Below, piece after piece: positions 44,785 through 54,274 of a DNA stretch of 64,000 bases. Origin of the DNA: Bdellovibrionales bacterium (GTDB lineage Bacteria > Bdellovibrionota > Bdellovibrionia > Bdellovibrionales > Bdellovibrionaceae); NCBI GenBank assembly GCA_031370005.1, contig JANMPT010000003.1:16229-80228 (forward strand). Reading direction: 5' to 3'. The notes beneath the pieces were generated by a model. It was not told the origin of the DNA and made no database searches. It saw only the letters and a list, made by a program, of their open reading frames with translations. Every line of letters begins with the position of its first letter. Position 1 is the stretch's first letter. The translations under genes and the position numbers were made by a program.

Positions 44785-45756
44785 CTACTCCCAAAAACCT
44801 GGCATAATTAGCATTGGCTGATTCAAATATTGAGCTCTGAAAACTTTGCGCAGGGTACCTTCAATAGCTTTGTCACCGGTATGCTTAGAAAACAATTGGG
44901 CAATTTCATCAATCGAATTCAAATCGTCCTCGTCCTGTTTTTCAAAAAAATCCCAGATCCCTGAACGCTTCTTTGGGACCTCAAAAAGCTTATAGTCATC
45001 CCCCAGGTTCGCCACTTTGGCAGCCACCTTAACCGCATCATCTAATGTTCCTAAGGAATCCGCAAAACCCAATTGTACAGCTTGCCTGCCGGTCATCACA
45101 CGTCCGTCAGCGTATCGACCGACAACCTCAGGACTCAACTTACGACCTTCAACAACAGCCTGCTTAAACTGGTCATAGACATCATTGATCAAGTCTTGGA
45201 ACAAGACCTTTTCATCCGGACGCATTGATCTGTACTCCGCACCAGAGTCTTTGAATTTTCCAGAGTTAATCGAGAAGCGAGAAACCTTTGCCCAATCGTA
45301 GAGTTTCTCGAGATTTGCAAACTCCATGATCACACCAATAGAGCCAACTAGAGCACCTGGCGCAACGACGATTTTATCACAAGCCACCGCAGAGTAGTAA
45401 GCACCACTGGCAAGTAGACCTGAAGAGGAGCAGATGATTGGTTTTTTAGTTTGTTCTTTTACTGCCTTAATTGCTGCATAGATTTCTTGAGAGGGCCCAA
45501 CCGCCCCACCTGGAGAATTGATATTAATAACAATTGCCTTGATCTTATCCTCATCTTTGTACTTTTTAAGTTTCTTCATGAACTTTTTGCCGTTCATAAT
45601 TACACCTTCAAGGTCCAACTGAAGAATACTATTTTTAGAAACTAGAGTCGTTTGTTCAGCTTTTTCACCAACGAAACTGCTGCCCCACTTCACCACGCTA
45701 AAAAGACCAACAATAACTAAAACAACGATAATAAAACGAATAAAAGGATTTTTCAT
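44785..45756 (-). CDS. sppA: signal peptide peptidase SppA (36K type)
   Basis: Start at ATG 45754-45756 (GGAG RBS). Has an N-terminal TM helix. INSPGGAVGPS and SSGLLASGAYY...GSIGV are ClpP/SppA-fold motifs. Confidence 0.85.
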   Translation of the reverse strand: MKNPFIRFIIVVLVIVGLFSVVKWGSSFVGEKAEQTTLVSKNSILQLDLEGVIMNGKKFMKKLKKYKDEDKIKAIVININSPGGAVGPSQEIYAAIKAVKEQTKKPIICSSSGLLASGAYYSAVACDKIVVAPGALVGSIGVIMEFANLEKLYDWAKVSRFSINSGKFKDSGAEYRSMRPDEKVLFQDLINDVYDQFKQAVVEGRKLSPEVVGRYADGRVMTGRQAVQLGFADSLGTLDDAVKVAAKVANLGDDYKLFEVPKKRSGIWDFFEKQDEDDLNSIDEIAQLFSKHTGDKAIEGTLRKVFRAQYLNQPMLIMPGFWE

Positions 45757-45790
45757 TTGTACTCCATTAAGATTGTTAATCTTAACAGGC

Positions 45791-45824
45791 AAAAAAAAAG
45801 GGAGTCTATGAGACTCCCTTTTTT
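45791..45824. terminator. bidirectional intrinsic terminator between rpsA and sppA
   Basis: A9 tract, then the 8-bp GC-rich stem GGGAGTCT-atg-AGACTCCC, then a T6 tract. Read on the minus strand, it sits ~25 nt after the rpsA stop and is followed by T9. Confidence 0.75.
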
Positions 45825-45845
45825 GCGCCTTGCGCCTTAATAGAA

Positions 45846-47648
45846 TTAATTCTTACCTTCTGGTTTTTGCATATTTTTAAGCTGCTCAGCAAACAAATCG
45901 CCAAGTGTTGACTTTGAAGTTGCTGTTGCCTTCTTCACATAGTCTTCAACATCCGATTTTGACTCTCTCAACTTGATCAACTTTGAAGAAAGACCGATTT
46001 TACGAGCGTCTTTATCAATAGAGATTACTTCAGCCTTCAACACAGTACCTATCTTAACAAAGTCTTCAGTCGTATTGATTTTATCAGTTGTTAGTTCAGA
46101 AATATGGATCAGACCTTCAATATCAGACTCAAGCTCAACAAAAGCTCCAAAATCAGCAATTTTAGTTACTTTTACTTCGTGTTGGGTACCAATAGTGTAT
46201 TTGTTCTCGATATTTGACCAAGGGTCAGACTCAAGCTGCTTGATGCCTAAAGAGAATCTCTCGTTTTCGATGTCTACACCTAAAACAACCGCACGAATTT
46301 TTTGCCCTTTAGCATAAAGCTCATTTGGATGATTAACGCGCTTAGTCCAAGAGAAGTCAGAGATATGCACAAGTCCATCAATCCCCTCTTCAATACCAAC
46401 AAAGATACCAAAATCAGTTACTGACTTAACCTCGCCCTCAATAATAGTCCCAGGAGCATAAGACTCTTTCAACTCAACCCAAGGGTTAGATTGAAGCTGC
46501 TTCATCCCCAAACTAATACGGCGGTTTTCAGTGTCAACTTCAAGAACCACTACTTCAACTTCTTGATCAACTGTAACGACCTGAGAAGGATGTTTTACTC
46601 GCTTAGTCCAAGACATCTCTGAAACATGTATAAGACCCTCAATGCCTTCACCAAGTTCTACGAACGCCCCGTACTCAGCCAAAGACACAACTTTGCCCTT
46701 AAGCTTAGTTCCCGGAGGATAAGAAGCCTTAACAGACTCCCAAGGATCAGGATGCAATTGTTTCATCCCCAAAGACACACGTTCTTTTTCTTGATCGTAT
46801 TTAAGAATTTTAACTTGAATTTCATCACTCACTTTTAATAGCTCTGAAGGGTGCTTTACGCGGCCCCAAGACATATCAGTGATATGAAGAAGTCCATCCA
46901 TGCCGCCCAAGTCAATAAACGCACCGTAATCGGTAATGTTTTTAACTAGGCCAGTAACAATAGAACCCTCTTTCATAGTGTCCAAAGTTTCGGCTCTGAG
47001 ACTGTCACGTTCCTCTTCAAGAAGGGCGCGACGAGAAAGAACAATGTTGCCACGTTTTTTATTAAATTTGATGACTTTGAATTTATACTTCTTACCAATG
47101 TACACGTCCATATTTCGGACGGGGCGAAGGTCAATTTGCGAGCCAGGCAAAAAGGCTTTAACACCGATATCAACACTCAAGCCGCCTTTAACTTTTGCGA
47201 CAACAGTTCCTTCGATAACCTCTTCGTTTTCTGCTGCTTTAGAGATGTCAGACCAAGCACGAAGCATATCAGCTTTGTCTTTGGAGAGAACGATCATGCC
47301 ATTTTCATTTTCGATGCGATCAATCAATACTTCCACAGTGTCGCCGGCTCTTACATCACGTGCGCCATCTACAAAGCGAAACTCATTAATTGGAATCAAA
47401 CCTTCCGACTTGTAGTTAATATCTACAAGTACGTAGTCCGACTGTACTTCAACCACTTTTCCAGTAACAACGTCACCAAGGTTGAAGTCTTGATCTTTAA
47501 CAGATGCCTCAAATAGCGAATCAAAATCGCCTTTTTCAGCTCTATTTCCATAAATTCCAGGATTAGATGGAACCTTGGAGTCTTCTGCGTCCAAGAAAGC
47601 GAGAACTTTCTGCTTTTCAAGAGCGGCTTTGTTTAAGTTTTTACCCAT
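45846..47648 (-). CDS. rpsA: 30S ribosomal protein S1
   Basis: 600-aa ORF with six tandem S1/OB repeats (G.VV.G.V..I.DFGAFV..G..GL.HISE pattern recurs). Confidence 0.95.
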   Translation of the reverse strand: MGKNLNKAALEKQKVLAFLDAEDSKVPSNPGIYGNRAEKGDFDSLFEASVKDQDFNLGDVVTGKVVEVQSDYVLVDINYKSEGLIPINEFRFVDGARDVRAGDTVEVLIDRIENENGMIVLSKDKADMLRAWSDISKAAENEEVIEGTVVAKVKGGLSVDIGVKAFLPGSQIDLRPVRNMDVYIGKKYKFKVIKFNKKRGNIVLSRRALLEEERDSLRAETLDTMKEGSIVTGLVKNITDYGAFIDLGGMDGLLHITDMSWGRVKHPSELLKVSDEIQVKILKYDQEKERVSLGMKQLHPDPWESVKASYPPGTKLKGKVVSLAEYGAFVELGEGIEGLIHVSEMSWTKRVKHPSQVVTVDQEVEVVVLEVDTENRRISLGMKQLQSNPWVELKESYAPGTIIEGEVKSVTDFGIFVGIEEGIDGLVHISDFSWTKRVNHPNELYAKGQKIRAVVLGVDIENERFSLGIKQLESDPWSNIENKYTIGTQHEVKVTKIADFGAFVELESDIEGLIHISELTTDKINTTEDFVKIGTVLKAEVISIDKDARKIGLSSKLIKLRESKSDVEDYVKKATATSKSTLGDLFAEQLKNMQKPEGKN

Positions 47649-47849
47649 AGTAATAATATATACCTCCCACGTGATAGATCCTCTAGATGGCTAGCCCTGG
47701 GTTGTTAAAGGTATTCGCCGGGCTCTATCCGTTTATAAATTATGAAGATTGGTTGTATAAGCCCGTTTTCACTGAGTCAATATAGAAAGCGCTACCTTAG
47801 GAGATCTTTTACCTCAATGGATCGAGAAGCATAGTCAGGAGTGGTGATT

Positions 47850-48506
47850 TTAGGGGAGTTTTGTGCGAATAAACTTTTCTACTTTACTCACAACCTCGTC
47901 CAAAGCCATGTCGGTCGTATCCACGACAAATGCATTCTCAGGGATACTTAAGGGAGCCGCCTTGCGGGTAGAGTCCTGTCGATCGCGCACTTTTTGCGCC
48001 TCTTGAGTTTGCTCCTGATCAAGCCCTAACTCGGCTGCACGGCGAGCCGCACGATGCTCACTGGAAGCTGTTAAGTAGATTTTTACTTGGGCTTGCGGAA
48101 ACACAACTGTCCCGCAATCACGCCCTTCCGCAACCAAGCCCTGAGGCCCTACGCTGCAATTGCGCTGAGCCTCGAGTAGGGCTCTTCTAACATCAGGATA
48201 ATGAGAAATTTTACTTGCGATATTACCCACATCTTCGTGAAAAATATCATCTGTCACTTCGTGATTTTTGAAGAAAACTTGAGTGCGGGCCATGCCGATT
48301 CTCACGCTCCAAACGGAAGAGCGAGCAAGCTCAGTTAAAGCCTTAACATCGGTAATATCAATATTAGAGTGAAGAGCCGCATAGCTCAAGCCACGATAAA
48401 AAGCACCTGTTGAAACCCATTGCCAGCCCAATCGCATTGCTAATTCACGGCTTACTGTGGACTTCCCAGAGGCTGCGGGGCCATCAATTGTAATTACCAT
48501 TCCCAT
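47850..48506 (-). CDS. cmk: cytidylate kinase
   Basis: 218-aa ORF with P-loop ITIDGPAASGKST and GRDCGTVVFP. The cmk-rpsA adjacency is common. Confidence 0.9.
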   Translation of the reverse strand: MGMVITIDGPAASGKSTVSRELAMRLGWQWVSTGAFYRGLSYAALHSNIDITDVKALTELARSSVWSVRIGMARTQVFFKNHEVTDDIFHEDVGNIASKISHYPDVRRALLEAQRNCSVGPQGLVAEGRDCGTVVFPQAQVKIYLTASSEHRAARRAAELGLDQEQTQEAQKVRDRQDSTRKAAPLSIPENAFVVDTTDMALDEVVSKVEKFIRTKLP

Positions 48507-48543
48507 TTCATTCCTAAACTCTAAGTCGTCTAATTTTTACCTG

Positions 48544-49665
48544 TTATTTCAGTTTTGGAATTTGCACCAAAACTTCTTCCAAGGCTTTCATCGCGCTGAT
48601 GTTCTCTTCTTCACGTCCGACACTCAAGCGTAACTGCGTTGGGAAGCCGTAGTTTTTAATCGGCCTCATAATGATCCCCTTACGCAACAACGCCTCATTC
48701 ACCTGGGCCGCGTCACGAAGAGTGTCAAACATTACAAAGTTGCCTTGCGATTCAACAAATGGCAGCCCCATTTTGTGTAGTTTCTCATAGAAGTAATCAA
48801 GCCCTTTCCACACAGTTTGTTGCGATGCCGCAATGAATTGATAATCTTGCAAAGCGGCAATAGCCGCAACTTGTACTAAATTATTGACATTAAATGGCTT
48901 ACGCACTCGATTGAAAACTTCAATGACCGTCTGTGGGGCAACCATGGCTCCTAAACGAAGTCCAGCTAAGCCATAGATTTTTGAAAACGTACGAAGCGCA
49001 ATGACGTTTGAGTACTTTCGCATAAATTCATCCGCATTTACATAGTCCTTAGCTCTAACAAATTCATTATAAGCTTCATCAAAGACAATCAGAACTTCAT
49101 TGCGATTACCAAGTTTAGTTAAAAATTCAGCAACCTCATCGCGAGTTGCATAGGTACCCGTCGGATTGTTTGGATTTGCAATGAAAATCAAACGAATTTT
49201 AGCAGCTGGGTGAGCGAAAAAATAGTCCGATATAGCCTTAAGATCAAATTTATAATTGGCCTTTAATGGAAGGGTATGAATCTTTGCACGATTGGCTTGA
49301 GCACTGATTTCATAAGCCGAAAATGCTCCTTGTGAAGTTAAAACGCCGTCACCAGCTTCGCAATAAATACGCACAAGAATATCAATAAGCTCATCTGAGC
49401 CATTCCCAAGTCCCAATTGTTGAGTGGGAAAACCCCATTTCTTTGAAAGCACTTGAAGCAAATCGTATGCAGAAGAATCTGGATAGCGATGCAATTGTTG
49501 TAAAAGATTCTTAATTGCGATCAGGGCCATGGGGCTCGGACCCAATGGATTTTCATTGCTAGCCAGTTTAGCTACTTTCGTAAGTCCGTATTCTCTCTGC
49601 GTTTCTGCGATGGGCTTGCCTGGTATGTAGGGAATCAAATTATCAATTTCTGGTGAAACTTTCAC
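48544..49665 (-). CDS. hisC: histidinol-phosphate aminotransferase
   Basis: 373-aa ORF. KLASNENPLGPSP, NPNNPTG and the PLP-lysine context RTFSKIYGLAGLRLG match HisC. Confidence 0.9.
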   Translation of the reverse strand: MKVSPEIDNLIPYIPGKPIAETQREYGLTKVAKLASNENPLGPSPMALIAIKNLLQQLHRYPDSSAYDLLQVLSKKWGFPTQQLGLGNGSDELIDILVRIYCEAGDGVLTSQGAFSAYEISAQANRAKIHTLPLKANYKFDLKAISDYFFAHPAAKIRLIFIANPNNPTGTYATRDEVAEFLTKLGNRNEVLIVFDEAYNEFVRAKDYVNADEFMRKYSNVIALRTFSKIYGLAGLRLGAMVAPQTVIEVFNRVRKPFNVNNLVQVAAIAALQDYQFIAASQQTVWKGLDYFYEKLHKMGLPFVESQGNFVMFDTLRDAAQVNEALLRKGIIMRPIKNYGFPTQLRLSVGREEENISAMKALEEVLVQIPKLK

Positions 49666-49769
49666 AGGGGGCCCCTTTCGGACTACCTTTTAAGAACTCT
49701 TTTAGTTATATTGGTCCTCAGCTTTTTACAACTTGCATTAACAATAATCTCGCAGATACTCAAGGACAC

Positions 49770-51164
49770 ATGGCTCAAGCGAAAACGGATGTTAATTTAG
49801 CACTCTACATTGGCGAATCCTTTGTGGAAGCCCACCTCTTCCATAATCAAAAATCACTTCACTTTAATCGATGGCATCTCGATAAAGAAGGCTTTAAGAG
49901 TGGTCTGCAAAAGTTTTTTCTAGAATCCGGAGTTAAAACAATAAGTAAAGCCATTGTAGCCTCTCGTTTTATTGAAAAAATCTTCTCCTATCGTCTTGGT
50001 GGCAGCGTTGCAACTCTAACAACCAAAGGCTTTGAAAGTTGGCCAAGTGCCCGCCAACCAATCAATCTGGCAATAAATCAGAAGGTGGGACCTCTTTCTT
50101 CTATAGAGCTAGTTTTTGCCGTAGACGAACGCTGCACAGCACAGGGCGAAATATCCAAAGAGGTCTCGGACGAGGAGATCGCAGAGCTTGTGGAAAAACT
50201 CCGTCAGAAGCAGGCCAAACGCATTTGTATACACCTTTTAAATGCCCATAAAAATCCACACAATCAAAACAAGCTCAAAGAAGCTTTGTTGAAAGAAAAT
50301 TTTGAAATTTTTGTTCCAACATTTGACTCAGAAAATACAGATGAAGTTTCTCGGTGGCGAAAAAATATTCTTAACGCGTCTTTGAGCGGCACTTTTGAAG
50401 AAGTCCAAGCTGAACTCAATGAAGGTCTGAAGGATTTTTTACCTGAAGGACAAAGGGCTTCCTTTATATCCGCGGAGGCCGCCGCATTTGACAAAGAGAG
50501 TGATCAACGTCTTAGTTCTCTTTGGGGTTCCTATAGCGTTTGGGCTCATAATCTCAAAAGACAATACTCTGATAAAATTGATATCCTCTATTTGGGCCTT
50601 GAACAATTTTGTCTTCTAAATCCTGAAAAAAAAATTCAAATATGGAAGAGCCCCTGGGGCGAGGTCCATGCTCCTCAGGTGCAAAACCATTTGCTTTGTT
50701 TGCAGCCGACCACGGCTATCGAGATCAGCCCCTGGGGAGAACTCTCATTTTCGCAAGCAGCCTTGGGCTATGAGCCCGGGCCAATGTTTATGGGACGGGG
50801 ACAGATCCCTACGCTCTTAGATCTTTGGGAAGATAAAACAAGCACTATAAAAGGCATTGCCGAAAGATATTCAGCCCAAGGTGTTCAAAAGTTTAGGAAT
50901 CAACTTTTGGCATTAAATAAAACCTCTTCTCAGCAACTGGATTCTGTGGAAAGTACTCTTCCGCATCTCCGCCAACTCGCCCTACATAAGCTAACGGTGG
51001 ATATCGCTCTTCGTGCAGAAAATACAAAAATTATTTGTATGGGAGCCTTAGCGCCACTCTTTGCACCTGAACTCAAAAAAAGAATCCCTCAACTTCAGTT
51101 TGAACTGACGCTGGAAACAGAAACTTCCTTTTTATTTAGTAAGGAATATGATCATGTTATCTAG
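49770..51164 (+). CDS. divergent hydantoinase/oxoprolinase A-like protein
   Basis: Start moved to ATG 49770. VATLTTKGFESW resembles the HyuA ...TTKGF.D motif. The position of the DxGGTFTD phosphate loop reads ALYIGESFVEA. Shorter than canonical HyuA proteins. Confidence 0.45.
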   Translation: MAQAKTDVNLALYIGESFVEAHLFHNQKSLHFNRWHLDKEGFKSGLQKFFLESGVKTISKAIVASRFIEKIFSYRLGGSVATLTTKGFESWPSARQPINLAINQKVGPLSSIELVFAVDERCTAQGEISKEVSDEEIAELVEKLRQKQAKRICIHLLNAHKNPHNQNKLKEALLKENFEIFVPTFDSENTDEVSRWRKNILNASLSGTFEEVQAELNEGLKDFLPEGQRASFISAEAAAFDKESDQRLSSLWGSYSVWAHNLKRQYSDKIDILYLGLEQFCLLNPEKKIQIWKSPWGEVHAPQVQNHLLCLQPTTAIEISPWGELSFSQAALGYEPGPMFMGRGQIPTLLDLWEDKTSTIKGIAERYSAQGVQKFRNQLLALNKTSSQQLDSVESTLPHLRQLALHKLTVDIALRAENTKIICMGALAPLFAPELKKRIPQLQFELTLETETSFLFSKEYDHVI

Positions 51165-52500
51165 TTGGATCCACGAGTTCGCCGAATTATTTTTGAGGAC
51201 CGAAAAATGTGCAGCATTGGTCTCAAGTGATGGAGATATCATTCATGCTAAATCCGATCTTGCTTTTGAGGTCACTGGTTTTAAAAACATCGTTGACACC
51301 TCTCTTAAATACATTGCCTTACTGCCAGGCGAAATTTTAATAACTAATGATCCTTATGGCGGCGGCAGTTTCCTCCATCGCTATGCTTTCTTAGTTCCTC
51401 TCACTCAAGCCGAAGGCAGTCAACCTGGCTTGCTGCTTTGTGTGCGCCGTGAATTTACGCCAGGACTCAACATCAGTGACAAACTCGATTACGAAGGCCT
51501 TCGCATTCCACCGACTCCCATTTTTCAAAATGGACAACTCATCACACCTATTGTTGAAGCTATGTCGATGCACCCGTTGTGCCCTCAGGGCTTTAATCTT
51601 TGGTTACAAAAAATAGTAAGCGATCTTAATCGACTTTATGCCAAATGGAATCAGACTGAAAAAAACTGTAAACCTCAAATTAGCGCCATGGAGCTTAAGA
51701 AGTTTTTAGCTTTTTCCAGGAGGTTCACCACAGAGAGAATTCTAGAAAAGGCTCAAGGTGAAGCTCGGCATGAGGTGCGTTTAGATAGCCACGAGGTTCT
51801 CAAACTTCATCTTGAAATCAACAATGGGCTCATCAGGGCAGATTTTAGTGGCACTTCTGCTGGAATTAAAAATCACCTCCCTGATCTTGCGACTTTTGGA
51901 GCTTGCTATGAAGCACTCGCTAGTTTTTATAATCTTAACTGCCTTAAAAATTCAGGAAGTTTCTCGGTTCTACAGGTAACAAAGCCTTTAAGCTGCTTTC
52001 TAAATGCCAAGTATCCTGCCCCCACTTACCAGGGTTTTCAAATCGGCGTGGCTGCTGTACGGATGGCAATGACTTTGGCACTTCACCAAATAGTTAAAAG
52101 TACTCAAGCCATTTTAACCGAGACGGACTTAAAAATGGAAATGTCATTTCCTGGAGGCGCACGATGGTTCAGCTCTTGGTCCGCCCAGTCATTCAATGAA
52201 GATCTCTCACTAGAAAGAATCGAATCGCAATATCCTATTCAGTTTATACGACTAGAAAAAAATATCGATAAAGCGCATCTGGAATTAGAGTTTAAAACTC
52301 TTGCAGCTTGCCAAATTCGTTGGCTTTCAGATTTCACCAAATATCCCTTGAAGGCACCCCGAGGATCAAAGGCCCCAGAGCCTACCCTGATTGAAACTAT
52401 GAGTGACAAGGGCGAGTGGACTTCACTGCTCTCTCAAGGAAACACAGACTTGGCCCCGGGCACAAGCCTGCGCATAAATCTTTGGGGACTTTTCGCCTAA
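51148..52500 (+). CDS. divergent hydantoinase B/oxoprolinase-like protein
   Basis: 450-aa ORF overlapping the previous one by 17 nt. ILITNDPYGGGSFLHRY resembles the HyuB NDPY.GGTHLPD motif with substitutions. Confidence 0.5.
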   Translation: MIMLSSWIHEFAELFLRTEKCAALVSSDGDIIHAKSDLAFEVTGFKNIVDTSLKYIALLPGEILITNDPYGGGSFLHRYAFLVPLTQAEGSQPGLLLCVRREFTPGLNISDKLDYEGLRIPPTPIFQNGQLITPIVEAMSMHPLCPQGFNLWLQKIVSDLNRLYAKWNQTEKNCKPQISAMELKKFLAFSRRFTTERILEKAQGEARHEVRLDSHEVLKLHLEINNGLIRADFSGTSAGIKNHLPDLATFGACYEALASFYNLNCLKNSGSFSVLQVTKPLSCFLNAKYPAPTYQGFQIGVAAVRMAMTLALHQIVKSTQAILTETDLKMEMSFPGGARWFSSWSAQSFNEDLSLERIESQYPIQFIRLEKNIDKAHLELEFKTLAACQIRWLSDFTKYPLKAPRGSKAPEPTLIETMSDKGEWTSLLSQGNTDLAPGTSLRINLWGLFA

Positions 52501-52503
52501 GCA

Positions 52504-53706
52504 CTAAAGAATTTTACCGCCGGCAAGAATCAAAGATTCTTTAATTTTTTCGATATGCTCTGGGCTGCTAGTCTCAAGAACAAAATCAATCCGCGTTTCA
52601 CGCAAGAAAAGCCCTTGAGAAATACGGTCATGATGAACTTCGAGAATATTGGCCTTTTGCTCAGCAATCGCTTTCGTCAAGCGATGAAGATTTCCAGGAA
52701 GATCATCGACGACGACTGAAAGCTCTACCAAACGACCGCGCTTGGTCTGGCCTTTTTCAATAATTTTTGAAATAATGTTAAGATCGACGTTACCACCACT
52801 TAGGATCACACAGGTTTTTTTACCGAGATCTAGTTTTTTATTCATAATAGCTGCCATAGCGGCAGCCCCTGAACCTTCCGTCATGGTTTTTGCTCGTTCC
52901 AGCAAAAAAACAATTGCCTCAGCAAGCTCATCATCACTCACCGTCACGACTTCGTCGACATTCTTAGAAATAAAGGTGTCATAGATATACTTAGAAGGAT
53001 GTTTGATCGCAATCCCATCTGCAATCGTTGAGATCCGCTTTTTAGCATTCAGGGCTTGCTTATAAAAAAGTTGCGACATCCCAGGCGCTTGGTCAGATTG
53101 TACACCGATGATTTTAATTTTTGGATTTAGGGCTTTGAGTGCCACGGAAATACCACTAATCAGGCCGCCACCACCAATAGGAATCACTACAGAGTCTAAG
53201 TCTGGCAAATACTCGTGAAGCTCTAGACCAATCGTCCCTTGGCCGGCAATGATATGAGGATCTTCATAGGGATGAACAAAAACAAAGCCCTTTTCTTTTT
53301 CGAGCAAGCGCGCATACTCGTAGGCGTCATCATAGATTTCGCCTTTTAAAATAACATTGGCACCATAGCCTTTAGTGGCATTAACTTTAGTGAGTGATGC
53401 ATTCTCCGGCATGACAATAGTGGCTTGAACTCCAGCAAGGGAGGCACTCAAAGCCACTCCCTGAGCATGGTTCCCAGCAGAGCTGGCAACGACACCGCGT
53501 TTTTTCTCCTCAGACGTTAAATTGGCAATCTTATTATATGCGCCACGAATTTTAAAACTTCCGGTACGCTGTGTATTTTCAAATTTCAAATACACACTGC
53601 AACCAATAAGTCTACTGGCACTGGTTGATAAATCAATTTCCGTATTTTGCGAAACATTTTTTAAGGTTTCGCGAGCTCTGCGGATATCATCCAACGTGAC
53701 CTTCAT
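52504..53706 (-). CDS. ilvA: threonine ammonia-lyase (threonine dehydratase), single ACT-like domain form
   Basis: 400-aa ORF with PLP-lysine motif ENTQRTGSFKIRGA and glycine loop PIGGGGLISG, plus a C-terminal regulatory domain. Confidence 0.9.
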   Translation of the reverse strand: MKVTLDDIRRARETLKNVSQNTEIDLSTSASRLIGCSVYLKFENTQRTGSFKIRGAYNKIANLTSEEKKRGVVASSAGNHAQGVALSASLAGVQATIVMPENASLTKVNATKGYGANVILKGEIYDDAYEYARLLEKEKGFVFVHPYEDPHIIAGQGTIGLELHEYLPDLDSVVIPIGGGGLISGISVALKALNPKIKIIGVQSDQAPGMSQLFYKQALNAKKRISTIADGIAIKHPSKYIYDTFISKNVDEVVTVSDDELAEAIVFLLERAKTMTEGSGAAAMAAIMNKKLDLGKKTCVILSGGNVDLNIISKIIEKGQTKRGRLVELSVVVDDLPGNLHRLTKAIAEQKANILEVHHDRISQGLFLRETRIDFVLETSSPEHIEKIKESLILAGGKIL

Positions 53707-53728
53707 GAAAAAAAACCTTTAACACTTT

Positions 53729-53962
53729 CTACCAGTAGGCTGTCAGTCCCCAAATCGGCGGGTATGATTTATAGGGGAGTATCGATTTTGTGTTTGGCCT
53801 AATCGCGCTCCTTAGGGGTAACCCCATGAAGATACTTTCATCGAAATAATGAAAAGGTGCAAGGTACTTCCCACAGCTCGTACAATTGGAAACCAACTGT
53901 CCTGGAGCCTCATTAAGGGTTCCGCAGATATGGCAGCGCCTAAAATGAATTTTTGATTCCAT
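53729..53962 (-). CDS. small zinc-ribbon-like hypothetical protein
   Basis: 77-aa ORF with CHICG...CTSCGK (CxxC-N15-CxxC). Confidence 0.35.
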   Translation of the reverse strand: MESKIHFRRCHICGTLNEAPGQLVSNCTSCGKYLAPFHYFDESIFMGLPLRSAIRPNTKSILPYKSYPPIWGLTAYW

Positions 53963-54274
53963 AGTGTTTTTCCTTCCCTATGATATTCGCCTTTAGCTTT
54001 TGGTCTTGCAAGTTTGATGGCCAAATCTAACTTATTGAAATCTCACAAAATAGCGTTCGATGACTTTACGCGTTAGACACAATTTGCTGAAGTTACAGTT
54101 GCTTGATCAAAGGCCCTGGGGAGATGTAAATATGCAAAAATAAACCTCTTTACATCCCTGGCTGATACGATGAATGGGCTTAGGTCCTGAGAGCGTGACT
54201 AATTCTATGGAAATCAGCCGGAAGGCTTTAAAATAAAACCCATAGAAATGAATTTTTACTGAAAGGTTAGAACG

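Noticed and set aside
45973-47620. Multiple 65-159-aa ORFs in other frames or on the other strand across rpsA.
   Set aside because: All are nested in the S1 gene, whose six S1 repeats account for the whole region. They are typical shadow ORFs of a long, codon-biased gene.
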